Of a stretch of 64,000 bases of DNA, positions 19,801 to 27,758 are shown one piece after another; position 1 is the stretch's first letter; each line of letters begins with the position of its first letter. The translations under genes and the position numbers were made by a program. The DNA is from an uncultured virus (IMG/VR IMGVR_UViG_3300046513_000171) (lineage: Duplodnaviria > Heunggongvirae > Uroviricota > Caudoviricetes): IMG/VR virus record IMGVR_UViG_3300046513_000171. One strand, written 5' to 3'. The notes below the pieces were generated by a model, which worked only from the letters and a program-made list of their open reading frames with translations, searched no databases and had not been told where the DNA came from.

Positions 19801-19961
19801 CGCAATACCAGCCATATGCAAACAGTGCGTTTGGCATGGGTACGGCGAAGTCCAGAGCTTTCCTTTCCGAAGGGCTTCACGGATTCCAGATAAAGGTGCG
19901 GGTAAGCAGCAACACTGGCACGGTCGTATCTGGTGTGCTCGACATTCAATCGGCGGGGTAA
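16899..19961 (+). CDS. Side tail fibre / receptor-binding protein
   Basis: 1020 aa; lambda Stf-like Ala/Ser/Thr repeats at the N-terminus, CBM-like NLVVNGSGE module, two F.DG.QQ..A motifs. Confidence 0.85.
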   Translation: MASDLELVVDDSNVIELHDSDVGGTAAAGAATSASAAAASATAAAGSATAAAGSATAASGSAMSATASKNAAATSATNAATSETNALASKNAAATSATNAATSETNALASKNAAATSATNAATSETNALASKNAAATSATAAATSATNAATSATNAATSETNAAASASAVNGILTKDVSSADVTLTTLEAGNGIYRFTGTLTGNRIVTIPNTGHPFVAENLTTTGDSFTLTLKAAGQTPSISLLRGKPASGFCDGTGVYATTSSPGLGYSNIATAAVDTALTLSNVGGLFVQSGAGRTTTLPKASTIPAGLGVAVQMAAASSIALNGTDTATGITMPYSGVLLDTFFFVSDGVSNWKLQFYANKTTPKFDTSVSAPRVLAGGVTDDGVTSLQASTTHFGNLYGTAKPNLVVNGSGELGLVGWTAGPSALSVVTDSDGTYFKGAANGVSTTNSWSSAPFPVSPNQIHSAQAEVQVDAGATGTYYVDVLYYSTADGSGAAVLDGSNSLLSATDGAWHSCQGTDSAAPANALSARVRIVVTSATWTTLKFRRVKVEQNAVRSVYSQEATIAQALSGNSPVIASGGLTFPDGSQQTTAQGLTQATSVRYLVGATDTVGSFAAGDTSLRTGGFVAPYVEILRNGDELYQGIHYTLNADGIHINGLDPLLADEDLLIKTKFPYNPSTVYAPNFQPLTVAAGATTIPFAHVQGCALLAMNGALLDYGTDYTDDANNFYLAAAAGGEKYGVLNLNPITIANMLANVNPVIASGVLQFADGTQQNSAALPSGQCYLSLVGGNLVLARKNGNKLSINGKLYAIPAAGVSLAVTGATASTLYYIYAYMNGTTMTLERVTTGHSTDANTGVEIKTGDPSRTLVGMAYCDGTGNWRDDSANRMVASYFNRKARGAFGNIGTVGGITTTSYGSDVGSGMSAVTWADELVISNLDVTLQNNTGSAVTYAVISIDGVATTSSEAQYQPYANSAFGMGTAKSRAFLSEGLHGFQIKVRVSSNTGTVVSGVLDIQSAG
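17097..17390 (+). repeat. 63-bp (21-aa) tandem repeats in the tail fibre gene
   Basis: ASKNAAATSATNAATSETNAL units start at 17097, 17160, 17223 and 17286 (the last is degenerate). Confidence 0.9.
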
Positions 19962-19964
19962 GCA

Positions 19965-20984
19965 ATGACTCTCACACAAAAAATCCAGCAGGCCCTTGCG
20001 ATGATGTTCGGTGGCGGGGCGCAGCTGAGCAACCGCAATCTGATCGTCGATGGCAATAAAGATAGCTGGACACAACTTACCGCCCTTAGTCTCAGCACTA
20101 CCGGACAGTACACGCCTAACACGCTGTTAGCCGGTCGTGCGGGCGCGGGCGGCGTGGCCACGTACACTGCGGCACCGTGGTCGGGCGCTCCCGGTAACCC
20201 TACGATGTGGGGCATGCAGCAGCCCGCTAAGTATTATGGGAGTTTCCAACAGACCACGGCAAGCGCGGGTACACATGCAGCGCGGACTACTCCTGGTCTG
20301 TGGGCTCCTATTGAGGATGTGCAAACATGCGAGGGCCAATCTTTTACGCTCTCTCTGTGGCTGTGGGCGACTGCACCTATCACTCTCACTAAAGTTATCT
20401 TTGACCAAAACTTTGGTACTGGTGGCAGTCCTAGCGCTACTGTGCTGAACGACGTAACTGTTAATTGGAACCTTACTACCACGCCCCAGCGCTTCTCTGT
20501 TCGTATCGACGTGCCTAGCATTATCGGTAAGACGTTGGGCACGACTACACCCGGCTATACCCAAGTGGGTGTCTTGTTCCCTCCAGGCGTTACGTTCGCC
20601 ATTAACGACGGTCAATGGCAACTTGAAAAGTCTAGCCCGCAAAGCTCTAGCGACCTTAATGGTAAGGGCGGTACGCCTACGGCGTTTGAATACCGCGGCT
20701 TTCAGGCGGAACTGGCACGTGTGCTGCGATTTTACGAAACGGGCGTTTACTCTTTTTCGGCAGGGTTTACCGCAAACGGCGCGCAGCATGGCGGCACTAC
20801 ACAATTTCAACAACCAAAGCGCGCGAGTCCAGCGATGAGTGGCGCGAACCAGTCCGCTGGTGGAGTGGCCACCACCGTGAATTTCTCCATCTCTGTGACT
20901 GGCATTTTTATCTGGCACTCCACCAATGCCGCATCCGGCACAGGCGGATTCACAGACACTTGGACAGCCGACGCCCGACTCTAA
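19965..20984 (+). CDS. Tail fibre-associated carbohydrate-binding-like protein, paralog 1
   Basis: NRNLIVDG…FEYRG.QAELAR..RFY…WTADARL pattern typical of phage fibre tip modules. Confidence 0.65.
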   Translation: MTLTQKIQQALAMMFGGGAQLSNRNLIVDGNKDSWTQLTALSLSTTGQYTPNTLLAGRAGAGGVATYTAAPWSGAPGNPTMWGMQQPAKYYGSFQQTTASAGTHAARTTPGLWAPIEDVQTCEGQSFTLSLWLWATAPITLTKVIFDQNFGTGGSPSATVLNDVTVNWNLTTTPQRFSVRIDVPSIIGKTLGTTTPGYTQVGVLFPPGVTFAINDGQWQLEKSSPQSSSDLNGKGGTPTAFEYRGFQAELARVLRFYETGVYSFSAGFTANGAQHGGTTQFQQPKRASPAMSGANQSAGGVATTVNFSISVTGIFIWHSTNAASGTGGFTDTWTADARL

Positions 20985-20996
20985 GGACAACAGACC

Positions 20997-22052
20997 ATGT
21001 TCAATCCAACAAAAATCGCGCTGCTGATGGCGGGACTGTTCACGCTGAATGCGGCGAACGCGGTGCCGCTCTCAAACCGTAACCTGTTCGTTGATGGCCG
21101 GTTCGATAACTGGACTTCGACTAGCGCCGCTGCCGGTGTGGGCGTGCTGACGTACGTCGCCCCGACAATGTGGGCAACGGGTGCAGGAACAGGCGGCGCA
21201 GCGACCATCTCCCGTGTGGACCTGCGAACGAGTGCTAACCTGGCCTACATGGAAAGCGGTGCGCCCTACGCGCTACAGTTCAACCAGACTGTGGCGTCAA
21301 CAGGCACTGTAGCGGCAGGGACAGCTCCTTTGATCACGCAGAAAATTGAGGGAGTGAGCAAGTTCGCAGGGCGCAGCGTCACCTTCCAGGTCAAGCTGTG
21401 GGCCGCAGCCAACATGACCATTCCGTCGATTATCGCGAGGCAAGGTTTTGGGACTGGCGGCTCGCCCAGTGCGCAGGTCGTGCAGGACAAGGCGGTCAAC
21501 TGGGGCGTTACCACCACCCCAAGGAAGTTCAGCGTACGCATTGACCTGCCCGCCATTACCGGCAAAACAATGGGCAGTAATGGTGACGACTCCCTGCAGA
21601 TCGGGTTGTGGCTGCCACCTGGTGTGACGTACACGCTCACAATGGCCGAGGCCCAGGTAGAGTATTGCGATCCAAGCTCGTCGTCGGACATCAACGGGGC
21701 AGGCGGCGCTCCGACGACGTTTGAGTATCGCGGTGAGCAGGCGGAACTGGCGCGGATGAACCGTCATTACCAGGGCGGCAGCACCCGGATGGAGATCGTT
21801 AACACGAACTACTTCGGGGCCACCCATCGGTTCGTAGTGCCTATGCGAGGCATTCCTGCCATCACCGTTTCAGACGGATCGGGGAATGTAGGCAAATACG
21901 CGAGCGCCGCCGGTGGCAGTAACCGTACCAATTCTGGCGGGCAGTTGGCGCAAGCGCCGAACATTGCGGACTTTCAAACCGACGCCATTGCACAGACTAC
22001 GAGCGAAGGAAACTGGGCCTTCATACTGTGGACGGCAGACGCCCGCCTATAA
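20997..22052 (+). CDS. Tail fibre-associated carbohydrate-binding-like protein, paralog 2
   Basis: Shares LSNRNL, FGTGGSPSA, VNW..TTTP.+FSVRID.P, FEYRG.QAELAR and WTADARL with paralog 1. Confidence 0.65.
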   Translation: MFNPTKIALLMAGLFTLNAANAVPLSNRNLFVDGRFDNWTSTSAAAGVGVLTYVAPTMWATGAGTGGAATISRVDLRTSANLAYMESGAPYALQFNQTVASTGTVAAGTAPLITQKIEGVSKFAGRSVTFQVKLWAAANMTIPSIIARQGFGTGGSPSAQVVQDKAVNWGVTTTPRKFSVRIDLPAITGKTMGSNGDDSLQIGLWLPPGVTYTLTMAEAQVEYCDPSSSSDINGAGGAPTTFEYRGEQAELARMNRHYQGGSTRMEIVNTNYFGATHRFVVPMRGIPAITVSDGSGNVGKYASAAGGSNRTNSGGQLAQAPNIADFQTDAIAQTTSEGNWAFILWTADARL

Positions 22053-22077
22053 TCCGCACACCTAACCGGAGAACACC

Positions 22078-22626
22078 ATGTCCGATATCCGCTTCAAGCA
22101 GTTCCGTGACCCGGCGACGGGCGCAATCAGCGAAACCCGCGTGATCTATTTCGACGAGAACGGCCAGGATCACAACATCCCCGTCGCGGGCATGTGGATG
22201 AGTCAGATCTACCAGGACTGGCTCGCCGCGGGCGGCACTGTAGAGACTGACCAGGAGAGCACGCAGGACGGGCAGGCTGCGCAATGGAGCGCGATCAAGG
22301 CAGAGCGCGACCGGCGTACGCAGACGGGCGGCTACTACGTCGCGAGCGTCGATAAGTGGTTCCACTCGGACGCGCAGTCGCGCATCCAGCAGATCGGGCT
22401 CGTGATGTACGGCGCGAATATGCCCGCAGGACTGCAGTGGAAAACGCTGGATGGCTCGTTCGTCACGATGACGCCGACGCTGGCGCAAGCCGTCTTTGCC
22501 GCAGCGGGCGCGAGCGACGCTGCGCTGTTTGCCTACGGCGAGCAGCTCAACGCCCAGGTGCTCGCAGCGAGCGACCCGCTCAGCGTTGATGTGCTGGCAG
22601 GCTGGCCGAAAATCTACGGGGAGTAA
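22078..22626 (+). CDS. DUF4376-like tail fibre assembly protein
   Basis: W..IKAERDRR…WFHSD..SRIQQIGL…WKT.DGSFV.MT…GWP motifs. Confidence 0.7.
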   Translation: MSDIRFKQFRDPATGAISETRVIYFDENGQDHNIPVAGMWMSQIYQDWLAAGGTVETDQESTQDGQAAQWSAIKAERDRRTQTGGYYVASVDKWFHSDAQSRIQQIGLVMYGANMPAGLQWKTLDGSFVTMTPTLAQAVFAAAGASDAALFAYGEQLNAQVLAASDPLSVDVLAGWPKIYGE

Positions 22627-22629
22627 CCT

Positions 22630-23088
22630 ATGCGCGTCGCGTTCTTCACCGGGCGGCATCCGGGCTTTGCTGGGATCTATGGCGTCATTGTCAAGTGGTG
22701 GACGCGCGGCGACTTCTCGCATACGGAACTCATCGAGAGCGTCAATCCGGACGGCACCGCCAACTGCTGGTCCTCGGCATATCTCGACAAGGGTGTGCGC
22801 CGCAAGACCTACGCACTCCCCCCTTCCGACTGGCGCTTTGTCGACGTACCGACGACGCCAGAGCAGGAAGCGCAGGCGCTGCAGTGGTTCAAGGATCACG
22901 CCGGCGAGCCGTACGACGTGCGCGGCATGTTCGGCATCGCGCTGCGCCGCCTGCCCAACTATCGCGGCAAATGGTTCTGCTCAGAGTCGGTCGCGGCGGC
23001 TTTGGGCTTTTCCGAGCCGTGGCGGCTCGATCCCGCGACCCTGTATATCGCACTCCAACGTGCTGATTTTTCAGGACCGAGAAACTAA
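22630..23088 (+). CDS. Permuted papain-like (NlpC/P60-related) protein
   Basis: FSHTEL (His) precedes G.PYD and WFCSE (Cys), which is the permuted order. Confidence 0.6.
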   Translation: MRVAFFTGRHPGFAGIYGVIVKWWTRGDFSHTELIESVNPDGTANCWSSAYLDKGVRRKTYALPPSDWRFVDVPTTPEQEAQALQWFKDHAGEPYDVRGMFGIALRRLPNYRGKWFCSESVAAALGFSEPWRLDPATLYIALQRADFSGPRN

Positions 23089-23171
23089 GCAGTACGAATA
23101 AAGCGTCATTTTCCTGTAAACTGCGGGCAAACCTGATCCCACGCAGGCTGACCAACAGTACAGGACCGCTA

Positions 23172-23522
23172 ATGGACGCGACACTCGTTATCGCCGCTGC
23201 GGGCGTGATCGTGCCGGTAGTAGGCGGTCTCGTCGGGTGGCTGTGGAATGCGCATTCAAAGCGCATCGACGCGCTAGAACAGAGAAACGCCGAGCAGGAT
23301 GCAGCGATGAAGTCTATAGCAGACAAGCACGCAGCTTTCGAACTCCAGGTCACCAAGGACTTCATCACGCAGCCCGCGCTGATGCAGGTGATGAGCGCTC
23401 TGGACAGAACCATCACGGCACTCTCTGACGTCATCAAGGACAACCAGCGTGAGACGCGGGCGCAGCTCAACGCGCTCAATGAGCGAATCGACGTTCTCTT
23501 CAGCGAAAAGACCAAGGGGTGA
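23172..23522 (+). CDS. Putative holin/antiholin-like protein (N-terminal TM + coiled coil)
   Basis: Single hydrophobic N-terminal helix; overlaps the endolysin start. Confidence 0.5.
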   Translation: MDATLVIAAAGVIVPVVGGLVGWLWNAHSKRIDALEQRNAEQDAAMKSIADKHAAFELQVTKDFITQPALMQVMSALDRTITALSDVIKDNQRETRAQLNALNERIDVLFSEKTKG

Positions 23523-24088
23523 CCACGATGCTGCCACAGCCGAATTACTCTGCCCGCTTCCTCGCCGTCATCAAGACCCTCTTCAGGATCGAGGGCGGTG
23601 TCTCCAATGACAAGGACGACCACGGCGGCCTCACGAACATGGGCGTCACGCAGGCGGCCTACGACAGCTGGCGCAGGAAGCACGACCTGCCCGTGCAGCC
23701 CGTCACGTTCATCACCCCGCCCGAGGCCACGCAGCTGTACTGGGAAGACTACTGGACGCTTGCACAGGCGCCGCAACTGCCCGCCCCGCTCGATGCGCTC
23801 GTGTTCGACATGGGCGTGAACAGCGGCCCCGGCCAGGCGAAGATGACCTTGCAGCAGACGATGGGCATGGGCGGTTCGGCCGTCGACGGCAAGATCGGCC
23901 CGAAGACGCTGGGCATGATCGCGAGCTACCAGCCGCTGCGCCTCTCGGACGAATACCTCGACGCGCGCGAGCGCTTCTACTACGACATCTGCGCACGCGA
24001 CCCGTCGCAGAAGCGCTTCCTCTCGGGCTGGATCAACCGGCTCGAAGGGCTGCGCAAGACGTTCGGCGTGCCTCGCGCCGAAGCCTAA
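23519..24088 (+). CDS. Endolysin, glycoside hydrolase family 108 with PG-binding domain
   Basis: EGGVSNDKDDHGGLTNMGVT, FDMGVNSG, DGKIGPKT and F..GWINR motifs. Confidence 0.9.
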   Translation: MTTMLPQPNYSARFLAVIKTLFRIEGGVSNDKDDHGGLTNMGVTQAAYDSWRRKHDLPVQPVTFITPPEATQLYWEDYWTLAQAPQLPAPLDALVFDMGVNSGPGQAKMTLQQTMGMGGSAVDGKIGPKTLGMIASYQPLRLSDEYLDARERFYYDICARDPSQKRFLSGWINRLEGLRKTFGVPRAEA

Positions 24089-24108
24089 ACCCTGACCCGG
24101 AGAACGAC

Positions 24109-24345
24109 ATGATGCGAGCCAAGATGCAGGTTGAATCGGTACAGCGCTTTAGCGGCAGCGAAGTGCTGAAGATGCGTGCGGTATCGAAGTCCACTGCCTA
24201 CCCGAGTGACGGCACCGACGAGGACAACACGTTCGCGAAGTGGTCGCCGCAGGGCGAGCTGACGCTGACCGTGACGAACCCGGAGCTGCACGGCAAGTTC
24301 AATCCGGGCGACAAGTTCTACGTCGACTTCACGCCGGCCGGGTGA
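24109..24345 (+). CDS. Hypothetical protein
   Basis: GGAG RBS; MRAK…EDN.FAKWSP.G…YVDFTPA small phage protein. Confidence 0.7.
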   Translation: MMRAKMQVESVQRFSGSEVLKMRAVSKSTAYPSDGTDEDNTFAKWSPQGELTLTVTNPELHGKFNPGDKFYVDFTPAG

Positions 24346-24349
24346 CGCC

Positions 24350-24610
24350 ATGTGGGCCGCGCTCAAGAAGCTCGTCAAGGACTGCCTGACGGAAAACAAC
24401 GGCGAGAGCTATGACGTGATTCGCGTGATCACCGCGCTGGTGGGCGCGTCGGGCTTGCCGACGTTCATCGGCCTGTCGATCTACAGCGTCGTCGCGTCGA
24501 CTGACCACCACTTCCCGATGACCGAGTTCGGTGCAGCCTTCGGACTGATCCTGTCGGGACTGTGTGCGGCTGCCATTGGTGTCGGGCAGAAACAGAAGAC
24601 GGACACCTGA
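24350..24610 (+). CDS. Putative holin (2 TM)
   Basis: 86 aa with two hydrophobic segments and a charged C-terminus, between endolysin and spanin. Confidence 0.55.
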   Translation: MWAALKKLVKDCLTENNGESYDVIRVITALVGASGLPTFIGLSIYSVVASTDHHFPMTEFGAAFGLILSGLCAAAIGVGQKQKTDT

Positions 24611-24628
24611 CCAACTGGGGAATCGACC

Positions 24629-25231
24629 ATGCCTACGCTTAATCCGTGGGTACTACTGGGGGAGCTGGTGACCGTCGGGCTGCTGTGCGCAGCCTGTTAC
24701 CTGTGGGGCCACCACAATGAGGCGCTTGTGTTCGACGCGTATAAAGCCACGCAGTCGGCCAAGGCAGAGACGCAGGTCGCCGACAACAAGGGGGCGCTGC
24801 TCAGACAGGCGCAGGAACAGGCTGCGGGGCTGCAGTCCATTGCTTCAACACGCCAGGAGAAACTGGATGAAATCACTACTCAGCGCGATAAGCTGCTTGC
24901 TGATAATGGCGCTATGTCTCAGCGGCTGCGCAACTTCCTCGGAGCCAGCGCAACCGCAGCTCTCGTGTCCCGCTCTACAGCCGGCACCGACGGGCCTGAT
25001 GCTGCGGCGTACGCCGCACTATCTGAACGACTGGAACAACTTGCTCAATTCAACACCCGCCAGTTCGCCGCAGCCGACGCCGACCTCGTAGATCTGAACG
25101 CCGCGCAGGACGTAATTGAGCAAGACCGGAGGATCTGTACGGGCGAATTACCAGGTGTACAGACGAAAAAAAGCGCCGACGCAGTCCCACCCACATCGGC
25201 GCAACCCCCGGCCTTGGCAGCTGCGCAATAA
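24629..25231 (+). CDS. Rz: i-spanin (Rz-like)
   Basis: N-terminal TM, coiled coil, contains a nested lipoprotein gene. Confidence 0.75.
   Translation: MPTLNPWVLLGELVTVGLLCAACYLWGHHNEALVFDAYKATQSAKAETQVADNKGALLRQAQEQAAGLQSIASTRQEKLDEITTQRDKLLADNGAMSQRLRNFLGASATAALVSRSTAGTDGPDAAAYAALSERLEQLAQFNTRQFAAADADLVDLNAAQDVIEQDRRICTGELPGVQTKKSADAVPPTSAQPPALAAAQ
24867..25091 (+). CDS. Rz1: o-spanin lipoprotein (Rz1-like), embedded in Rz in the +1 frame
   Basis: AGGAG at 24855; MKSLLSAISCLLIMALCLSG-C lipobox; Pro-rich mature part. Confidence 0.8.
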   Translation: MKSLLSAISCLLIMALCLSGCATSSEPAQPQLSCPALQPAPTGLMLRRTPHYLNDWNNLLNSTPASSPQPTPTS

Positions 25232-25261
25232 CAATCCGCACAGCTGTCCACCCTACCTGTG

Positions 25262-25298
25262 AAAAGGCCGGCGACCATCTTCTGGTCGCCGGCTCTTT
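25262..25298. terminator. Bidirectional terminator between the convergent late and replication blocks
   Basis: AAAAG-GCCGGCGACCA-TCTTC-TGGTCGCCGGC-TCTTT. Confidence 0.75.
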
Positions 25299-25332
25299 CC
25301 GTATGTGCTCTACCGCACAGATCGATCCCTAA

Positions 25333-25671
25333 TTACGGCGCGGTCGCGACGATCTGCCGAAGCGCTGCGCTGGCCGCTCGCGCGGCTGCCTTCAGGGCTT
25401 CCTTGTGTGTCTCACTTGGATAGTTATTTGCCTCAGCCGACTCGACCGCTGCGTCAAGGTTGGCAGCGACGGACTTCAGCTGTATGACGCGCTCTGCGTC
25501 GACTAGCAATGTAGGCTGAGCTAAAGCCTGAACGTGGGGTTTTTTAAGCTCATCGTGAGCTTCTAGCAAGGCTTGTAGTGCCCTGCCCTCCCGCACGTTG
25601 TCTGAATTTTCAGCCATCTGAAGTCGCTCTCCAAGGGCTGTTAGCAGTGCTATTTCCATGTCAGAAATCAT
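25333..25671 (-). CDS. Hypothetical protein (AT-richer than its surroundings)
   Basis: AAGGAAG RBS, 112 aa. Confidence 0.6.
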   Translation of the reverse strand: MISDMEIALLTALGERLQMAENSDNVREGRALQALLEAHDELKKPHVQALAQPTLLVDAERVIQLKSVAANLDAAVESAEANNYPSETHKEALKAAARAASAALRQIVATAP

Positions 25672-25683
25672 GCTTAGCTTCCT

Positions 25684-26568
25684 TTAGACCGCGACTTGAG
25701 CGCGAATTGTGCCCTGGGGCGCGTAATTGCACAACCTGATCGCATCAGGACCGAACTCTAAAAGCTCATCGAGACTGTTAAATTTACCGGGGAGGCGCCC
25801 GATTCCGCGCTCAATCGCCACGCTCGGGCCGTCGCCCAGCACCGGCTCGCGGCGCAGCTGTTCGATAGCCTGCTCACGATGGTTCGAATAGAGGTGGACG
25901 TCGCCCGCCGTCCAGATGAACTTTCCGGGCTTGAGGCCTGTGAGGTGCGCAACGATGTGGCAAAGGAGTGCGTAGGATGCAAGATTAAACGGGACGCCGA
26001 GAAAAATGTCGCAACTGCGTTGATAGAGCTGCAAGTCTAGCAAACCTGAAGGCCTGACACGAAATTGGAAAAGACAATGACAGGGAGCTAGAGCCATTTG
26101 CCCGGCTGCGGCGTTCAGCTGCGGGGATATTTTCTCGTCGGGCAGCGCCGAGACGTCCCACGCGCTAACGACGTGACGCCGGCTGTAAGGCCGCTCCTTG
26201 AGGTTTGTAATCAGCTGGGCGATCTGGTCAATCCTCTCGCCACCAATTCCGATCCAGCGCCGCCACTGCGCGCCATACACCGGGCCTAGTTCCCCGTTCT
26301 CATCCTGCCACTCATCCCAAATTGTTACGCCATATTTCTCGCGCAGCACCTTGGCGCTGGTTGAGCCTTCGAGCATCCAGAAGAGTTCGCCGACGACCGA
26401 CTTCCACGCGACGCGCTTGGTCGTCATGAGCGGAAACTCCTGCGTCAGGTCGACGACGATCTGGCGGCCGAAGTCGCTGTACGTGCCCACGCCTGTACGG
26501 TCGTTCTTGATCTCATCGCCGCGCAAAAGCAGGTCGCGCAGCAGGTTCAGGTATTGGTGTTCCCACAT
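25684..26568 (-). CDS. thyA: Thymidylate synthase
   Basis: [43 protein letters not shown] and GDVHLY.NH motifs. Confidence 0.97.
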   Translation of the reverse strand: MWEHQYLNLLRDLLLRGDEIKNDRTGVGTYSDFGRQIVVDLTQEFPLMTTKRVAWKSVVGELFWMLEGSTSAKVLREKYGVTIWDEWQDENGELGPVYGAQWRRWIGIGGERIDQIAQLITNLKERPYSRRHVVSAWDVSALPDEKISPQLNAAAGQMALAPCHCLFQFRVRPSGLLDLQLYQRSCDIFLGVPFNLASYALLCHIVAHLTGLKPGKFIWTAGDVHLYSNHREQAIEQLRREPVLGDGPSVAIERGIGRLPGKFNSLDELLEFGPDAIRLCNYAPQGTIRAQVAV

Positions 26569-26592
26569 GGTTCGGTCCTATTTATGGTTTGT

Positions 26593-27201
26593 TTACGCTG
26601 CCTTGAGCAGCAACGATTGTTCAACAAAGTTACCCCACTGGTCGGCGGCCGCTGCGCCGACTCCTTCGAACGTGCGCGAGCGGATCTTCCAGCGGTCCTT
26701 GCCCGGCGACGCGAAGTGCACCTTCGGCGCGCGCCCCTCGACGATGTTGGTCGGCGTGAGCGGCGGCAGGTTCTTGAGCCAGAAGCAGGTGCGCTTGACC
26801 TCCCCGTGACCGTGCTGCCAAGGCTGCAGCGAGAAGCTGAAGTCCTGCCCGATGACCTCCTTAGCATACTTGTGCATCACGGGGTTCTCGATAGCGATGT
26901 GCTCGATATCAGCCTGCAGCAGCATCTTGAAGAACTCCGCGCCCTCGCGCATCTGCTCCCAGCGCTCGGGGCGCTCGTGCAGCCAGCGCACGCCGCTGTT
27001 GCACAGGTACGTGCAGCTCGGGTGGAAGATGCCGAGATCCCAGTCATCCTCAAGCAGGTCGCGCACGTCGCCGCGGTAGTGCCGGTTCGTGTGCTCGCCC
27101 TCGCCTTCCTCGAAGTCGCAGCTCCACGCGTCGTGCCCGCGCGCGATGAAGGCGTCGCGCATGACGCCTGAGTACTCACACCCCACCAGGACTCGTGCCA
27201 T
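26593..27201 (-). CDS. Phage DNA cytosine methyltransferase-like protein
   Basis: Start MARVLVGCEYSG at 27201; AWSCD, HPSCTYL, IENPV, QPWQHGH and RSRTF.G motifs of short phage C5-MTase-like family. Confidence 0.7.
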   Translation of the reverse strand: MARVLVGCEYSGVMRDAFIARGHDAWSCDFEEGEGEHTNRHYRGDVRDLLEDDWDLGIFHPSCTYLCNSGVRWLHERPERWEQMREGAEFFKMLLQADIEHIAIENPVMHKYAKEVIGQDFSFSLQPWQHGHGEVKRTCFWLKNLPPLTPTNIVEGRAPKVHFASPGKDRWKIRSRTFEGVGAAAADQWGNFVEQSLLLKAA

Positions 27202-27758
27202 TACGCGCGCCTCCGCGCCAGTACCTCGGCCGCCACACCGTGAGCGAATGCGTGCAGCTTCTCCAGCTGGTCGCCGTCGGGGTGATACGTCGACACGCCA
27301 GCCGCCTGAAACAGCTTGTCGATGACGCGCGGCGGCAGATCGACCTGTGTTGGCGCGGCCGCATACGGTTGCTGCGGCTCTTCCAGATCCGTCACGCTGC
27401 CGTCGATCTCGTGATAGACGCCGATCTCGCCGCCGCAACAACGGCACCGCCAGTCGGGCTTGCAGCGGCTGCTGATCAGCGTCTCGTCGGTCGTCTCTTC
27501 GCGTGAGAACTCGAAGGCCTCGACGGCGAGCTTCGGCGAGTCGCAGCCCTCGCTGCACGAGAGTTCCTGACCGGGCGCCAGCTGGATCTCAAACCGCTGC
27601 CCACCCTCCTTCCTGCGCTCGAAGAAGACCTTCGCCGGCCGCGACCACACCGTGCCGTCGCTGAGCGCCTTGTAGACCACCAGCGGCTCGTTGGTGGCCT
27701 CGTCCATCGCGAGCGTGACGAGTTCGTACTCGCCGCCCTTGTAGTGTTTGAATTTCAT
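27201..27758 (-). CDS. DUF1653-like domain fused to a Cys-rich region
   Basis: FKHYKGG.Y…A..E.T.E.LVVY.AL…WSRP…F; later CxxxC and CRCC. Confidence 0.65.
   Translation of the reverse strand: MKFKHYKGGEYELVTLAMDEATNEPLVVYKALSDGTVWSRPAKVFFERRKEGGQRFEIQLAPGQELSCSEGCDSPKLAVEAFEFSREETTDETLISSRCKPDWRCRCCGGEIGVYHEIDGSVTDLEEPQQPYAAAPTQVDLPPRVIDKLFQAAGVSTYHPDGDQLEKLHAFAHGVAAEVLARRRA

Noticed and set aside
19965..22052. Diversity-generating retroelement acting on the paralogous fibre genes
   Set aside because: There is no reverse transcriptase in the window and no near-identical TR/VR pair with adenine-specific differences; the similarity is mainly at protein level.
3700..23140. GCGG(G)CAAACCT at about 3707 and 23124 as a late promoter motif
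   Set aside because: Only two imperfect instances were seen, which is not enough to support a call.
25684..26568. ThyA as a base-hypermodifying dCMP hydroxymethylase
   Set aside because: It has the canonical dUMP-specific Asn in GVPFN and all standard ThyA motifs.
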